Below, piece after piece: positions 47,260 through 60,500 of a stretch of DNA of 64,000 nt. A program made the position numbers and the translations under genes. The notes below the pieces were generated by a model. The model was given only the letters and a program-made list of their open reading frames with translations. It was not told the DNA's origin and searched no databases. Origin of the DNA: Camelus dromedarius (taxonomy: Eukaryota); NCBI RefSeq assembly GCF_036321535.1, contig NC_087445.1:14012001-14076000 (forward strand), read 5' to 3'. The stretch's first letter is position 1. Every line of letters begins with the position of its first letter.

Positions 47260-49559
47260 ACCTACGTAAAGTCTAAGGTCTCTTAAAGCTCAAAACTGTA
47301 ACTCTTCCTACTGTTTGTCATGCAGTACACTTTTATGTCAGACAATATGGTATTAATTGTGTACTACATCTAAGGGAAGTTAATTGTTGAGGTAACAAAG
47401 GGACCTCATTGTGAAGTGGCTTTCACCCAATAGATGGCTTTATGATGTAAACTGTGAGACGGTGTTCCAGCTGAACGTCAAGTATCTCAATAAATGGTCA
47501 GGGGTCTGCATATATACACACCAGGCTGTTTCTGCTAGAGAAGTCATGGCCTCTCCTCACTATATGTCTATATTTTCTTTCAAAGGACAGATGTGTAAAT
47601 GCAAATTGTCATCATAGTTTTACTCTTTGATTTTTATCATCAAACTGACCTGAACTACTCCAGAGGTGGTTTGGAGTAGATGGGAAAAGATTTCTTATAG
47701 CTAGGACACAGTAGATGTTGATTTCTCCTTACCACTTACCCTTCCATTTCTCCCACCATGCTGTGAGTTCCTTTGGCATTAGGGCCATATCTCATCTATC
47801 TTTGTGTTTTCCATGGTGCTTAGTGCAATCCCTGTGAAACGTTAGTACTCATTGTTTATTATATTAATGTACTTGATGTAGTAAATTCTCTAGGTTTGAA
47901 AATATGTTGTTTGTGCAAAATCAAAGTATTAAGATTAAATAAAACAGAAGACTGGAACCCTGGGCTGCACAAACCAAACACAACAGCTATTTATATTTTG
48001 TGATTTGTGCAATTTATATTTGTACAGATTACATTTGTAATGACTCTCGATCTTTCCTCCCATTTCTAAAGCTTTGTTTTACATGATTATAATCATACTT
48101 TGCATAAATTTCGAATTCTGCTTTTTTTTCCCTTATTGAGTATTAGGGAATCAGATTACTTGATACACTAAAATGTGCAAAGAGACTACAGCTTTTAAAA
48201 TTTCTGGAGCTAATTTGATCGTTCTCATCAACCTAATAGGTAATTGGAAAACTTGACAATTAATGATAGCTTAGTGTTTTCCAACTAAACAGTCTGACTG
48301 TAAATTAGTAATTTCAGCCCTCTCTTTCAGGGTTGGGTTAAATAATCTCTTGGATGATTAAATTTATTGCAGATAAATGCTCAGTGTTTAAGATTTCTAT
48401 CCCTCTCTCTGCTTCTTTACAAGATGGCATCTGGTTAGGGTTTTTTGCAGGGAGTGAGGTGGAGTAGGCAAGTCGGTGGCTTATATGAGATCATGGTGGG
48501 GACGAAAGAGGTCTCCGTCTTTTCATCTACTCCAATGCCTGACTTCTGATTCACTAGCCTTCTCAGAATCCCCACATGCTCTCTCCTGAGCCTAGTGAGA
48601 CAGTGGGGCCCCCAGAAGGGAGTGCACAGGCAATATTCAGAGGGACTCAGAAGAACTGCTTTATGGTCACCTGTCTAGCCATCTTTATCAACCAGTTTTA
48701 CACCATCTCTTCTACATTACTTGGAATGTGGTCCTAAGTTGAAGGTGACATTCTTTCAAGTGGAGAAAAGGTAACAGATCTGTGCTTTCAGCTTTCTTTT
48801 CAACCTGTGGAAAAGTACCCTCTCCCTTAAAACATCTGCATCAGAGAAGAAGTCAAGACTCGTGAGCTCCCCACCCTCTTCCCCTAATTCTGCTGCCTTC
48901 TTGTTTGGACTCTCCTGTATCAGCATGGAGAGAATGGATCTTTCCTCTTCCTGTCTGGTTAGAGCAGCTATACCATACTATTTTGTGTTTTCTGTACATT
49001 TTTTAAAAAATGAAACCAAATCAAAATAAAGCCAAACTCTTGATATAAAGAAAAAGCATCTTTTAAATTTAAAACCCTTGCTGTCACTCCACATACCTGG
49101 CTTCCAGATTGTCAGTGTTCTTATGAAAGTCTGTTATGAGACTTCAGGCTGCCCCGTGATGCCATTGTGCCTGAGGCAGTACTCATTCTCTCCTTCCCTG
49201 AAGCAACAACCTCATTGCTCAGCTGCAACCTAACAATATGATATTAGTGGGAAATAAAATACGTCCATTTAAAATTTCTAAGTATTACATATGAAAATGG
49301 TAACCAAAACACCTCTGTATGCTCTGGTGTTACGTAGTGAGCACTGTGATGGGAGATATATGTAATTTACTTATCCTTTGTTCTCATTATACAAATAGAT
49401 ACCTTGAGGCTCAAAAATAACTTGCCCTAGATTTCACAGAGAGGGCTTTCTTGCAATTCCATAGCGCACAAGGGTTAACCCCACGCGCATACACCACTAT
49501 TTATTTAACCATTCTTCCATATTTAGACATTTAAGTTGTCACAAGTTGTCTTAAAGGCA

Positions 49560-50030
49560 TATATACAAATCCTAGTATGAGGATCAGGAATTTAGAATTC
49601 AAAGGCTACTTCAAACCAAATGAGGGAAAATTTATAGATAAAAGGAAAACTAAAAGAATTATCAACAACCAGTTGCAATGCAATGACCTCATGTAACTCT
49701 TGATCCAAACACAAAGTGACAACAACAAAAATAATCAATTGAGGAAATAGTAACATTGGCTAAATGGTTATGATAATAAGAACATATGATTTATTTTGTA
49801 GTTATCATTGGCTTTTGAAGAGTTCTTAGAGATAAATACTGAATTATTACGGATGAAGTAATGTCAAGATTGCTTCAGTCTAGACAGGGGTGCAGGTGGG
49901 TAGGGTAGAGGGAACTAAATTGGCCATAATTTGATCATTGTTGAAGCTGGGTGATGAGTAGTGGAGGTTCGTTATCTCATTTTTTTTGTGTGTATGTTTG
50001 AAATTTTCATAAAGAAACTTTTAAAAATGG
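49560..50030 (+). mobile_element. L1MC/MD-like 3' end
   Basis: cttagagataaatactgaattatt...ttggccataatttgatcattgttgaagctgggtgatg...tgtatgtttgaaattttcataa. Confidence 0.8.
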
Positions 50031-51519
50031 AATAGGATTCCCTAGGCTTTCTGAGTTTTGAGCAAGGAAGAGTTCTTTTTCTGCTATGGTTAGGCAAATA
50101 CGCATCTGCAAGATTTTGGTTGTAGTCTCCAATCCCTCAATCCCCAACCCTCAACCATATTCCTTTTATATACCATATATCACTTGACAAATTCCTCTTG
50201 GATGAGCCTTAACAGATGAAAAGTCTTCTTCAGTGTGGAGTAAAGAGAGGTCGTCAGTGCTCTTGAGTGGGGGTGTGTGTGTGTGGAGGGTAGACAGTCA
50301 GTGCAGCTGGTGAGCACAGTGGTCCTCTGAGATAGCCCTGGCCAGAGCCTCGTTATCCTGCTTCACGCTGCAGTTTTATCATGTGTCTGAGAAAGTGTTT
50401 CCCCTGCCAGGCGGAAAGGAAATTTGAAAATAAGTGCCAGCTTCAAGTGCCTGGGGGGCACACACTGACATCTCGTCTGGTTGGTGAAGCCAGGATGTCC
50501 TGCAGAGCATCTCATTAACACCAGGGGCTTGGCCAGGCAGGGGGCCCCAATTTGAGCATGCGTGCTATCTGGGCACAGTTTGTATTCGATCTATGAAATG
50601 TACTAAAGTCACATTGCATTAGACCCCCGAAGTGTACTTGCTTTCTGGAGAAATGTTTACACTGTTTCCTCTCCTCACCCCTCGCCAAGCTCCTCATGCT
50701 ACTGAGGGAGGTACTTGGCAATTCTAGCTCCACTGACATGAGAGGAGACATTTCATTCATCGCTCTTCCCTTCTCAATATTACTCCTGATTGTCATTCAT
50801 ATAATTCTTAATATTTGTTAAATGGAAGGGGAAGAGAGGCAAAGATAACATATGTGGGGAAGACAGCAAGGGGCATTAAAGAATGTAAGATATTGTTCAC
50901 TGCATTTATGAATGAAGCAAGTTCATTGTCATCTTAAGATTCTGGTGGGATTCTGAAATGGAGACAAAATACTGAAAATAGATTAAAGATGTGAATTTTT
51001 CTATATAGAACACAATGAAATTTAATGTGTAGGAAAAGAATACCTTGAATTTTATAGCTTCCTTTCATACCCTGAATAAACTCATGCCAGGATTCAAGGG
51101 TAAAAGACGGTGGCCTTTGGTCCTGTCACTTTGTCATAACATGTCTACAAAATTCAAAGAAATTTAGAAGATTCACATGTCATTAAAAAGATATCTCATC
51201 ATCAAACTCCTAGGGTATACCGTGACTTTCTCATATCTTTTTCTCCCAAAAGTCTATCATTGGCCTCAACACTCACAGCATTTGACAGTTCAACAAGGGG
51301 CACAATGATTTCTGCTGAGTAGAGCAAAAGGGGCCAGCTGTAGGTGGTGACTGTGGTGGAGATTAACAGCTATGAACGAGTGAATTTTCTAGTCTCATTC
51401 TTTGAAGAACAGCCATTGTCAAGAAATGCAACAGTTTTGAATTGAAATCAAATGGTAGAAAAGGAAGTATGAAATACGCAGATCCTGGCTCCTTTGCATA
51501 CACCATTTCTACCAGTCCC

Positions 51520-51745
51520 AGGCAGGTTCTAACACTTGTACCAGTGCTAAGCTTAGTAATTCACATAGTTTCCCTAATTAAACCTTCAGAAGCATGTAGA
51601 GAGAGAACTTTTCTTTCCCCTGCTTTGCAGATGAGGAAACAAAACTTCAGGAAGTTCACTAGCTTACCCAAAATCAGACAGCTAGGAAGTCCTGAACCAG
51701 CTCTGTCCAGACGTAACACCTGTTTCCTTTCTACTGCACTTAGCT
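51520..51745 (-). mobile_element. MIR SINE
   Basis: cccctgctttgcagatgaggaaacaaaacttcaggaagtt...ttacccaaaatcagacagctaggaagt. Confidence 0.8.
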
Positions 51746-52284
51746 GAGTCTGTTACTGCAGAGGAGATGGTGCTAAAAGAGTTTGCGGTTTGGGAAGGAT
51801 GTTCCAAAACGTTCTTTTTACTTGTGGTTGTCGCCTGTGTAGACGACCCTTAGTCCCTTACTCCAGGCATTAGGGAGTTGTAAACATTTCCAAATTGTAG
51901 TAATTATAACTGTAAACTTGTATGTTGTAGGTGGAAGTGCCGTGGAGAAGAAGTACATAAATTATAACCCTTCACTATTTGTGGCCTTGAGCAAATGTCT
52001 AAATACTCTGGGCCCAAATCACTACCACCAAATATAAAGTAATTTGATTAGGTCGAGTCTAAATTATCTTTTTTTCTTCTGTGATCCTCTCTTCCTGGTT
52101 GTTGGACTGTAAGTCTTAGTAAATCAAAACTGAGATTTTTTCAAATAGGAATGCTCACTATGGTTGGATTTTTAAAATCTTCTTTGTGACCTTTCAGCCA
52201 GTTTTTCTTGCTCTCTGACACAAACACTCATACACACTGCATATGTGCACACACAGACACCTGGCACAACTTACACAACTAGCA

Positions 52285-52828
52285 TTTTTTTTAATTGAAG
52301 TCTAGTTGATTTACAATGTTAAATTCTGGTGTACAGAATAGTGTTTCATCTTCTCTTTCATTATAGGCCATTGCAAGGTATTGAATATAGTTGCCTGTGC
52401 TATACAGTAGGACCTTGTTGCTTATCTATTTTATGTATAGTAGTTAGTATCTGGAAATCCCAAACTACCACTTTATCCCTCCACACTCTCCTTTCCCCTC
52501 TGGTGACTAAAAGTTTGTTTTCTATGTCTGTAGGTCTGTTTCTGTTTTGTGAATAAGTTCATTTGTATCATTTTTCTTAAAATTCCATATATAAGTGATA
52601 TTTTTCATTCTGGCTTACTTCACTTAGAATGATGATCTCCAGGGCCATCCATGTTGCTGCAAATGCCATTATTTTATTCTTTTTTATGGCTGAGTAGTAT
52701 TGGAATCCATGATTCAGTCGTCTGTTGATGGGCCTTTAGGTTCTTTCCATGACTTGGCTATTGTAAATAGTGCTGCTTTGAACATTGGAGTTCATGTATC
52801 TTTTCAAGTTAGAGTTTCCTGTGGATGT
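52285..52828 (-). mobile_element. L1 3' end (ORF2 C-terminus plus 3' UTR)
   Basis: tttttttaattgaagtctagttgatttacaatg...gtgctatacagtaggaccttg...cttacttcacttagaatgatgatctcc...cttggctattgtaaatagtgctgc. Confidence 0.92.
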
Positions 52829-53622
52829 AAGTATTACTTTCACTCAAGGAAGGACAGTTCAGATTAGGTTTCACACACAGAGCACATAGACAAGGAGCGG
52901 TTCCAGGCAGCTCAGTTCAGTTATTCAGGACAATTTGAACAATTAAGACAACAGCCCGTTCTCTTCATCCCACTGTCCTCCACCAGCCCTTGTGAACTCA
53001 CAGAGGGCTGTTGATCTAGACTCAAGTCCAGAATTCTGGCTGCATTGGTATGAGCCTATGTTGGCCTCCTCTACCTCCAGACTCCAAGAAAACAGTCAGT
53101 GAGGTGCAGGACGAAGAGATAGATGTTAAATTCACACACAGCGGGTCTTGGATACCTTATGAGAGGACATTTTGTCAGCTGTCCATGATGGTAACTTTGT
53201 GGTGTGTCACTGTCTTAGGCTTTGGGTGCTGCGGAGGAAATGATACCAGCAGTGCTGTGGCGTGAGTTCACCTAGTGAGAGAGTGAGATTCTTAGCTTGA
53301 TGAAGCCTTCCTGCCACAGACACTGTCAGTGTGTGACTGTCTTTCCTGCCAAACTGATAACTTCTCAACGACAGACCGTGCACTGCAGACAGCCCTTTAT
53401 TGCTACAGCACCCAGCTCAGCGCTGATACGTCGTGGCAGCACAACAAGAAAACAGCAGCATGTATTTCGTGGGGGGGGGGGGGGACATGAATTTTGGAGC
53501 TAGGCATCCCTGTGCTCAAAGTTCTGGTTCTGCTAATTATTCCGTGCATTTGGGGAAAAGTCACATCTATTCTCTGACCTTTGGTTTTCACACCGGTAAA
53601 GTGGGATTAATCAAACTTTCTT

Positions 53623-53770
53623 GGTGGGGGGAGGTGATATTCCTTAGAGGTAGAGCACATGCTTAGCATGCACGAGGTCCTGGATTCAATCCCCAGTACC
53701 TCCATTAATAAAATAAATAAATAAATAAATAAATGATAAACCTAATTACCTCCCCCCTGAAAAACAAAAC
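53623..53770 (+). mobile_element. tRNA-Ala-derived SINE (Vic-1 type), long form, inserted in a MIR
   Basis: GGTAGAGCACATGCTTAGCATGCACGAGGTCCTGGATTCAATCCCCAGTACCTCCA, then (AAAT)n and AAACCTAATTACCTCCCCC. A MIR-like segment lies at about 53500-53610. Confidence 0.92.
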
Positions 53771-54096
53771 ATAAATTCATGAATTAATTCATTAATTTCC
53801 CTAGGAATATTGCTTAAGGTTTAGAGACACTATAGGCAAACCCGCTATTGAACTGTGGGCACTCACTGGGCGGTAGCCAGCAGCAGCAATATCGGAGGCA
53901 GGCAGCATTAAATAAATATTAGAACAACAGAATTATTATAAACAGCTGCATAATAAACCACTTTGTCAACATAGAGAAAGAAACTGCCATGAACCTATCA
54001 AGAAGAAGGAATTTTTTTCATTAAAGGTACAAAGAAAAAGTGTCGTAACAATTCAGAGTGAACTGTCTTGTGAGGTAGTGAGATGCCTGCCAAAAG

Positions 54097-54123
54097 GGAA
54101 AAGAAAAGAAAAGAAAAGAAAAA
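54097..54123. repeat. (AAAAG)n microsatellite
   Basis: About five tandem aaaag units. Confidence 0.85.
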
Positions 54124-56294
54124 GATTTCAAGCAGTCTTTAAACAACCAGTTAAAGTTGGAAAGAAAGTTACCCTGGGCTATTGCTAGGAAACTTCCAAT
54201 TCAGCAGTTTTTGAAATCTGGGTTCATTTTCAGTAGCAAAGTCTTCCCAGTCAAACCTCATGCCATATTATTCAAGGCAAATTATTAGTAGTTTGCTTTT
54301 GCTGCAATCTCATAAATTCTTAAGAGAGGAATTGAAAAGACCACAACTAACTTTTAATGAATCAATCTGTTTTGCAAGCATCAACAAAAAGTAACAGGAA
54401 AGAAGGCAAAATTTAAAGTTTGTAAGGAAGGGAGTGATAATAATTCAGCATTTGATTTACACTGTAAATGCAAGGAATGTAGCAAATTGGTTTTGAAAAA
54501 TCTCCCAGGACCAAAATAAAATAGCTCACTTTATCGTGTGCTGATTAGCTCAGGGGCTCAGGCTTGGCATATGTTCTAAGAAAGTTTCCATTTTCAGGGA
54601 GTGTGGCAAATGTGTAGAGAGGAGCCAGTCTGCAACCCCGTGGAGCTGATGTTTCAGCAGAAGGCACGAGGCAGTGAGTGGGTCAGAGAGGAGCACTTCC
54701 TGAGAGAAAAGAGCAGAAATGGGCCCCAGGACCAGCTAAGAGGGGCACTGGCATTTGTGTCTATTAAGGAACCAAATTTGAATTAGGAGACTATTGAAGG
54801 ACTAAATTGTTGTGTCTGACTAGATGACATCAGGAATTGAAACTTACCATGACTGAACTAGCCCTCACTTACTCAGAGAGAATATGCCAGGAACTCACAA
54901 AAATTCTCATCCCCTCCTCCTCTGAATAGCATCCAGAGGTGGGGCTGTTTACACTCAGGGCCCTAAAGACTTAAATGTACTCAGGGCAATCGGAACAGAC
55001 CCCTTTTATTGTGTCCTACTCATACTGTTAACCCCCCTACACACATGCACATACATACATACGCACATCTCTTATGCTTCAAGATAGCCTAGGAGACACT
55101 TCCCCTGGGAAACGTTCCATTACTTCCCCTCCCTGACCCCACCTTTCATGGTACCTCCGTTGTAAGTTAGAATGTGTATGCAGTAAGTTGTTTTTCTTGC
55201 ATTTTGCCCAAATAAAAATCTGAGGTTCTCTTTACATTTAAATTTTTTATGAAGAGCTTTAAAAACTTTTTTAATGACATAGTCAAATCTATTGATCTTT
55301 TTTGTTGTCGTTAGCCTAATTTCTCAAAACGAAGGGCACAGCCTTATTCCACTGAGGAACATGTATGGACAGTTAGACTTTATGAATGCCCGGTTGGCCG
55401 GGCCCTGCGGACAGGCAGCCTCTACTACTTTTCGGATTCTGAGAAGGGGAGGAATAGTCATTCATGTATCGAAATCCTCTTCCCATTGCTATTAAAAGGG
55501 TTCTGGCTTTGCCCTAAACTTCTCCCCTGCCTTGCCTTCTCTTGATGCCACGCTCTTTTTGGGGGGGATTTCATGGTACAGAGTCATGGAGAATCATAGT
55601 ACAGGAAAAGAAAAATCAAAAGGTTCATTCAGAAGAGATTTAAAGAAAAATACTAGGAAGCAAGTAACCATGGTGTCTAAGAAAAGTGAATACAGAAAAC
55701 AAATAGGAATTTTCATGGATTGCTGTGGTTTGAGACTATCCTGCATCGTGTTTGAAAAATACAAGTAAAAAGCCTGTGTTTTTTGAAAGTATATATATTG
55801 TTTGTGGGAATGTTTTTCTGTGATTTCAACACTGCTCTGGACTACTACGTCTATTATAATTTTATAAGCTGTGCTTTAAAATTTATGAATGTGATCATGT
55901 ACACATCTCTACAATTTTCTATAATATATGTTCCCAGTACTTCAGATTCTTGGTTTGCCACATCCCTCTCTTTTTCTCATGAGAGACCCTTTCTGGTCTC
56001 ACAGTGGTTTCCTTTGCCCCAGCCACTCAATGAACAGTTACTTAAATGAACCATGATAAATGTCTGTCCTGGCATGGTCTCAAGTTAAATTCATTATACA
56101 TATTGGGTTGCTTAGGCTAAAATGCGTCTTATCATCCCAGAAAATCAAATCGCAGGGTCATTTTCTAAAAGTAGCCGAGGAAAGCCTGCACTCACGAATC
56201 CTCTTGTTCCTAAGGTCATGCTGCCTGGTGCTTAAGGGCTCAGCTCGGAAACTCGTCCTCATGGTTCAGTCCAAGTCCAGCTGCTGTTGTCTGT

Positions 56295-56445
56295 GTGATC
56301 TTGGGACAGCTACTTGACCAAGTTATGCCTCAGTTTCCTCCCCTGAAAGAAGAATATTGACAATGCTAACCTCCAGGGGTTGTGGTGAGGCTGTAAATGA
56401 GTCAATTCATGGACAGAACTCAGGGGAGGTGGCACCTGACATAGT
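56295..56445 (+). mobile_element. MIR fragment
   Basis: tgtgtgatcttgggacag...cctcagtttcctccc...gggttgtggtgagg. Confidence 0.75.
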
Positions 56446-56559
56446 AGCTGCCCCCCCACAGGAAGGTAATTTAAGAAGTTGTTCTGCAGATGTCATATGA
56501 AAAGTTGGTAGAATTGAAGGCGATCATATTTGGTGATACAGATTTGAGTTCCAGGGCTT

Positions 56560-57015
56560 TGATATATCCGTCCACTCACTCAGTAGGGATTCGCTGAGCC
56601 CCGGCCACGGCAGTTATGCCATTATGCCAGCAATCATGGTGCAAAGATGCAGAAGACACAGGTGTTGCCCCCAGAGGGTTGACAGACTATGGAAGGAGTA
56701 AACATAAACAAAATGTAGCGGGAAAGTGCCAGAATTTTTAAAATAGCCTACAAGTTACAAAATTCATGCAAAATAAGAACTAATTAAGATTGTCCTAAAG
56801 GAGAGGAAAGATTAGCTGAGTTGTCGAAGGGTGAATAGGCACCCACCAGGCAAACGAGCGGAAGAAATCTATTCCAGGCAAAGGCAATGCAGTACAGAAT
56901 TATGACATAGCAAGAAGTTTAGTCTTTCTGGACTATGATGATTGAGTCACATGGGAAGAGATGGTGCTAGAGCAATGGGCAGAAGCCACGAAGACCGGCC
57001 AGCCGTGTTAAGAAC
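56560..57015 (-). mobile_element. L2 fragment
   Basis: gttgcccccagagggttgacagact...ctgagttgtcgaaggg...attccaggcaaaggcaatgc. Confidence 0.7.
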
Positions 57016-59949
57016 ATAGATCTAAGTCAGAGAAGATTGCTGTTTGTTGCATATCTAGTGTTTATGTAACAAAGGCCCCAAGTCAGAGTTGCTTCTGTTC
57101 CCTGCACAGACAGCAGTTATGACTGGGCAGTTACTTGCTTCTACCCATAGTCAGCGTTTTCTTCCATGAGCACCATTTGAACGAATGGAGTGTTTGTATT
57201 TGGCACCTTGGAAATAGGAATTCATTATTCTTCTAGAATAAGCAGAACAGTGACATGGACAAAATACACACAGACATTTATCAAGATGTGTGCAGAGGCC
57301 CCTGATATAACTGTTTGCAATGATTTCTCATTTAAACACCAATTTCTCCTTTGCAGAGATTGATACTTTTCTAACTTTTGGGTCCAAGTTTTCTTTAGAA
57401 CTTCGTGTCCAAGCTAAGCTAATTGTCCTCTCCTATTTCCAGGAATATTCTGGCTTCTCACCCTTCTTCTGAATTCTTTGGAACAAAGTTGCTAAAGAGC
57501 CTGTCCCCTGACTTGTCTTTCATCTTATACACGTGTCTGTTTGCAGTTTTCCATTCATGCTATTTCAGTACTGTGCTGGAAGAGAACAACTTTCCTCCAT
57601 CGAATTAAGTACTTAGGAGTTATCTTGATTGTGTTTATCACAGCAGCCTTTGGGCTAACGTATTCTCCCTTCACTTGTGTTTCTTCATAGCTTTCCCAAA
57701 GCAGCACTTTTTCTTTGGACACTTTCCTAATGAAAACCATTTTTCGTCAAAAGATTATTGCCTTCATCAGTTACAAACTCTGTCCTCTAGACAGAGTAGT
57801 ACGCTCAGCCGTAGGTCTACAAGAACTAAATTGATAACTTCCGTCTTTCTGATCTTCTGGCAACCATGGTTTGGCTAACCAGGAGCCCCAGTAAAGAATC
57901 TGGCTACCCAGCTAAAGCTACTTCTACCCTGGATGTCACATGGGTCCATCCTGTTCTAATACCTCCCCTTCTTTCCCATGATCTGGGGCATTCCTGTATC
58001 CTTTTGCTTTTGGTAAAAAGGAATAACTAATTAGTTCATTGCTGGTAAGAAGATTGTCGGCCTAAGAACAGCATTTCATTTCTGCATGGTCTTTGTTTCC
58101 TCTTTCAAAAGTTTCCCTTTTTGCCTACAAAACAAAATAGTCCTGTTTAATGTGTGATGTTTTGGCTTCTCTTATAATTGCTGCCTCACCAGTAGAAAAC
58201 CCCTTTGGGGCTCATTTGAATTCTTTAACTCTTTCCTGACATTCAGCAGAGCAGTTTCCCAAGTCTCAAAGCACTTCACTAAATAAGCTATAGTCACTAT
58301 CTTTGGCATTGTTCCAACAGTAATCAATTTTCAAAATTGAAGGTTAGCTATTAAATGACCCCATCAGATCAAATACCTGATAAGTCAGTATTAAATTAGC
58401 ATTGTATATACATCTATCAGGGAGTTTCTGCTGTTTTCATTTCTTCATTTAAATAATAAGGAATTCAAAGCAAGAGGATGTATAAAAGCTAATAATGATA
58501 AGCTTTGACACTCATACAGACATTTCTAACTCTTAACGAATAACAATATGTTTTCCGTATACGTACCCCTACTGTGATGTCAGCTCTATTATGTTCAAAA
58601 GATTGATTTCACTTCGATTTTAATGTCTTAATATAGTCTTAGAATTTTAATAATAATGTTGCCCCTGAAATGCATGCAGTTAGCAAGAGGAATGTCAGTA
58701 AGCTATTTAAAGTAAATGCTTCAACTGAAGACAGACCTGGATAACATTTATTAATTATGCAAATAGATAATGGATTAGAGCATGTGTAGCTAATTATCTA
58801 ATTATGGTGAATTTAGCAGAAATTCCGCTATAGTAGTTCAGTTACTAACGCTGGATTCTATTATATACTGCAACATACCAGAAATGCTCTTATAATTATC
58901 TGAGGGAGTCTTGTTAACAGTGAAAGGCCTTCATAAATGAAACACTGCCCTTGAAATTATTTATTGAATTGTTTTGAGAAACACATTGATATCCACAGTG
59001 AGAACACAGGTTCTGAGTTCAAAGTAATGTCATTTAAAATACGTCCTATTAGAAAATGTATGGCTTTATCCACTTTGCCTATACAGATCTCTCTGAAGCA
59101 TAAATCGTAAAACAGAGAAAGAGCACGTATCAGCTGAGTAGCGGTGTGCCGACAAGCACTAGGAGAATAAAAGCATGTTCAGACCGTGGTACCCAAAGAC
59201 CTTGAGGGTTGAGTTTTCTGGAGTGCAGGTACTGCAAGCTTAACATATAATTTGAGCTTCTTTAGAAAATACTTGACTATCCAAACAGGCACTGGAGTTG
59301 CATCGATGTTGTTAGGTCTGTGGTTTGCCATAGCTGAGGGATGGGGTGGGACTCTGGTGATAGACTTTACCTGCCCAGTGCCCACAGCGAGCCATGGTCA
59401 CCTCACACTGTCCATCTGTAACTGACACTTATTAGCAATTCCTACCTGATCCACCTGAAATGGTAGTTTGGATCTGCTTCTAAAGACTGGAGCTGGAGCA
59501 GGGAAGAGGAGAGAAAAAAAATGAGTCTCTGAAGGAGAGAAGATAGCAATTATTAGCCTAAATAGTGTTTTTGAACTCCTGAGAGAAAAATGACAGGTCA
59601 CCGGCTATCATCCCTGAGAACTTGTTCCCACAGATGAATCTTTGTTCTCCCAGCCAGTAGAGGATGAATTTTCAGTTTGTTCTACAGCCAAGAGACACTA
59701 GGCTGATTTGTGAAGCCCAGTCCTTCAAATGCCACATAGAAGGGTGCTGGAGTTCATGGTGCTAAAATTCTACACTTCTGGAATACAGAGAAAAGCCAGG
59801 CTGAGCTTTCTTAATGAGGATCTATGCAAAACCTCCAGCAAACTGCCTGGAATATATACGTTTTGGAAAATTGACAGAAAATGCTCCCCAGCAAGAGAAC
59901 TAAATGGGTTGAGCTGCTGGGGGAAACATTCTAAGTAGGCACAGGCTCC

Positions 59950-60500
59950 CAACGCAGAATTTCCAAAGGAGAGAAAATGAAAAGCCAGCCTCCTTCTCCC
60001 CTTCACAGCTGCCCCTCTCCCTATTCAACAACTGGCAGAGGAGCCGCGTTGTTGGCAGGTGCGCACCGGGGAGCGGAGGAGCAGCTGGTGTGCAGGCAGC
60101 GGAACGCCCTGACCAGCCCTGGTCCCAGGGAACAGACGCCTCCTGGGCCTCAGGTAGAGCAGCAAGGAGGGGAGCGGAGCTGATTCATCTCGGCAGAGCC
60201 TCCTAGCTCACGGGAGGCGGGTGGGGGGGGGGGAGCGTCCAAGACCTCCAGGGCAAAGAAAGCCTCACTAAGACGTCTCCTAGAAGTTCATAAAGATGAG
60301 CGCCCCTTTTGAGAGAAACAGATATTGAAAGTGCTGTTTACAAAAATAGAATCCACAGGGGCCCAGAGGAAAGGGCTGGACAGAGTGGTGATGAGGGGGA
60401 GGGTGGGAGGGGTGTGAAATCCTGGTGTGCTAAACAAACATCCTTCAAGGAGGCTAAACACATGACTCAGGCCAAAGTCACACTGAGTTCCAACCAACTG
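59950..60500. promoter_or_regulatory. CpG-retaining, E-box-rich candidate enhancer or alternative promoter
   Basis: 13 CpG in 60001-60240, several CANNTG boxes (CAGCTG twice, CAACTG, CAGGTG), TGATTCA/TGACTCA AP-1-like sites and G-tracts; no repeat recognised. Confidence 0.4.

Noticed and set aside
53623-53705. tRNA-Ala(AGC)-like sequence with anticodon loop TTAGCAT (also at 17417-17517 and 43519-43639)
   Set aside because: Degenerate A box and stems, A-rich tails and, for two copies, TSDs identify these as SINE copies rather than tRNA genes.
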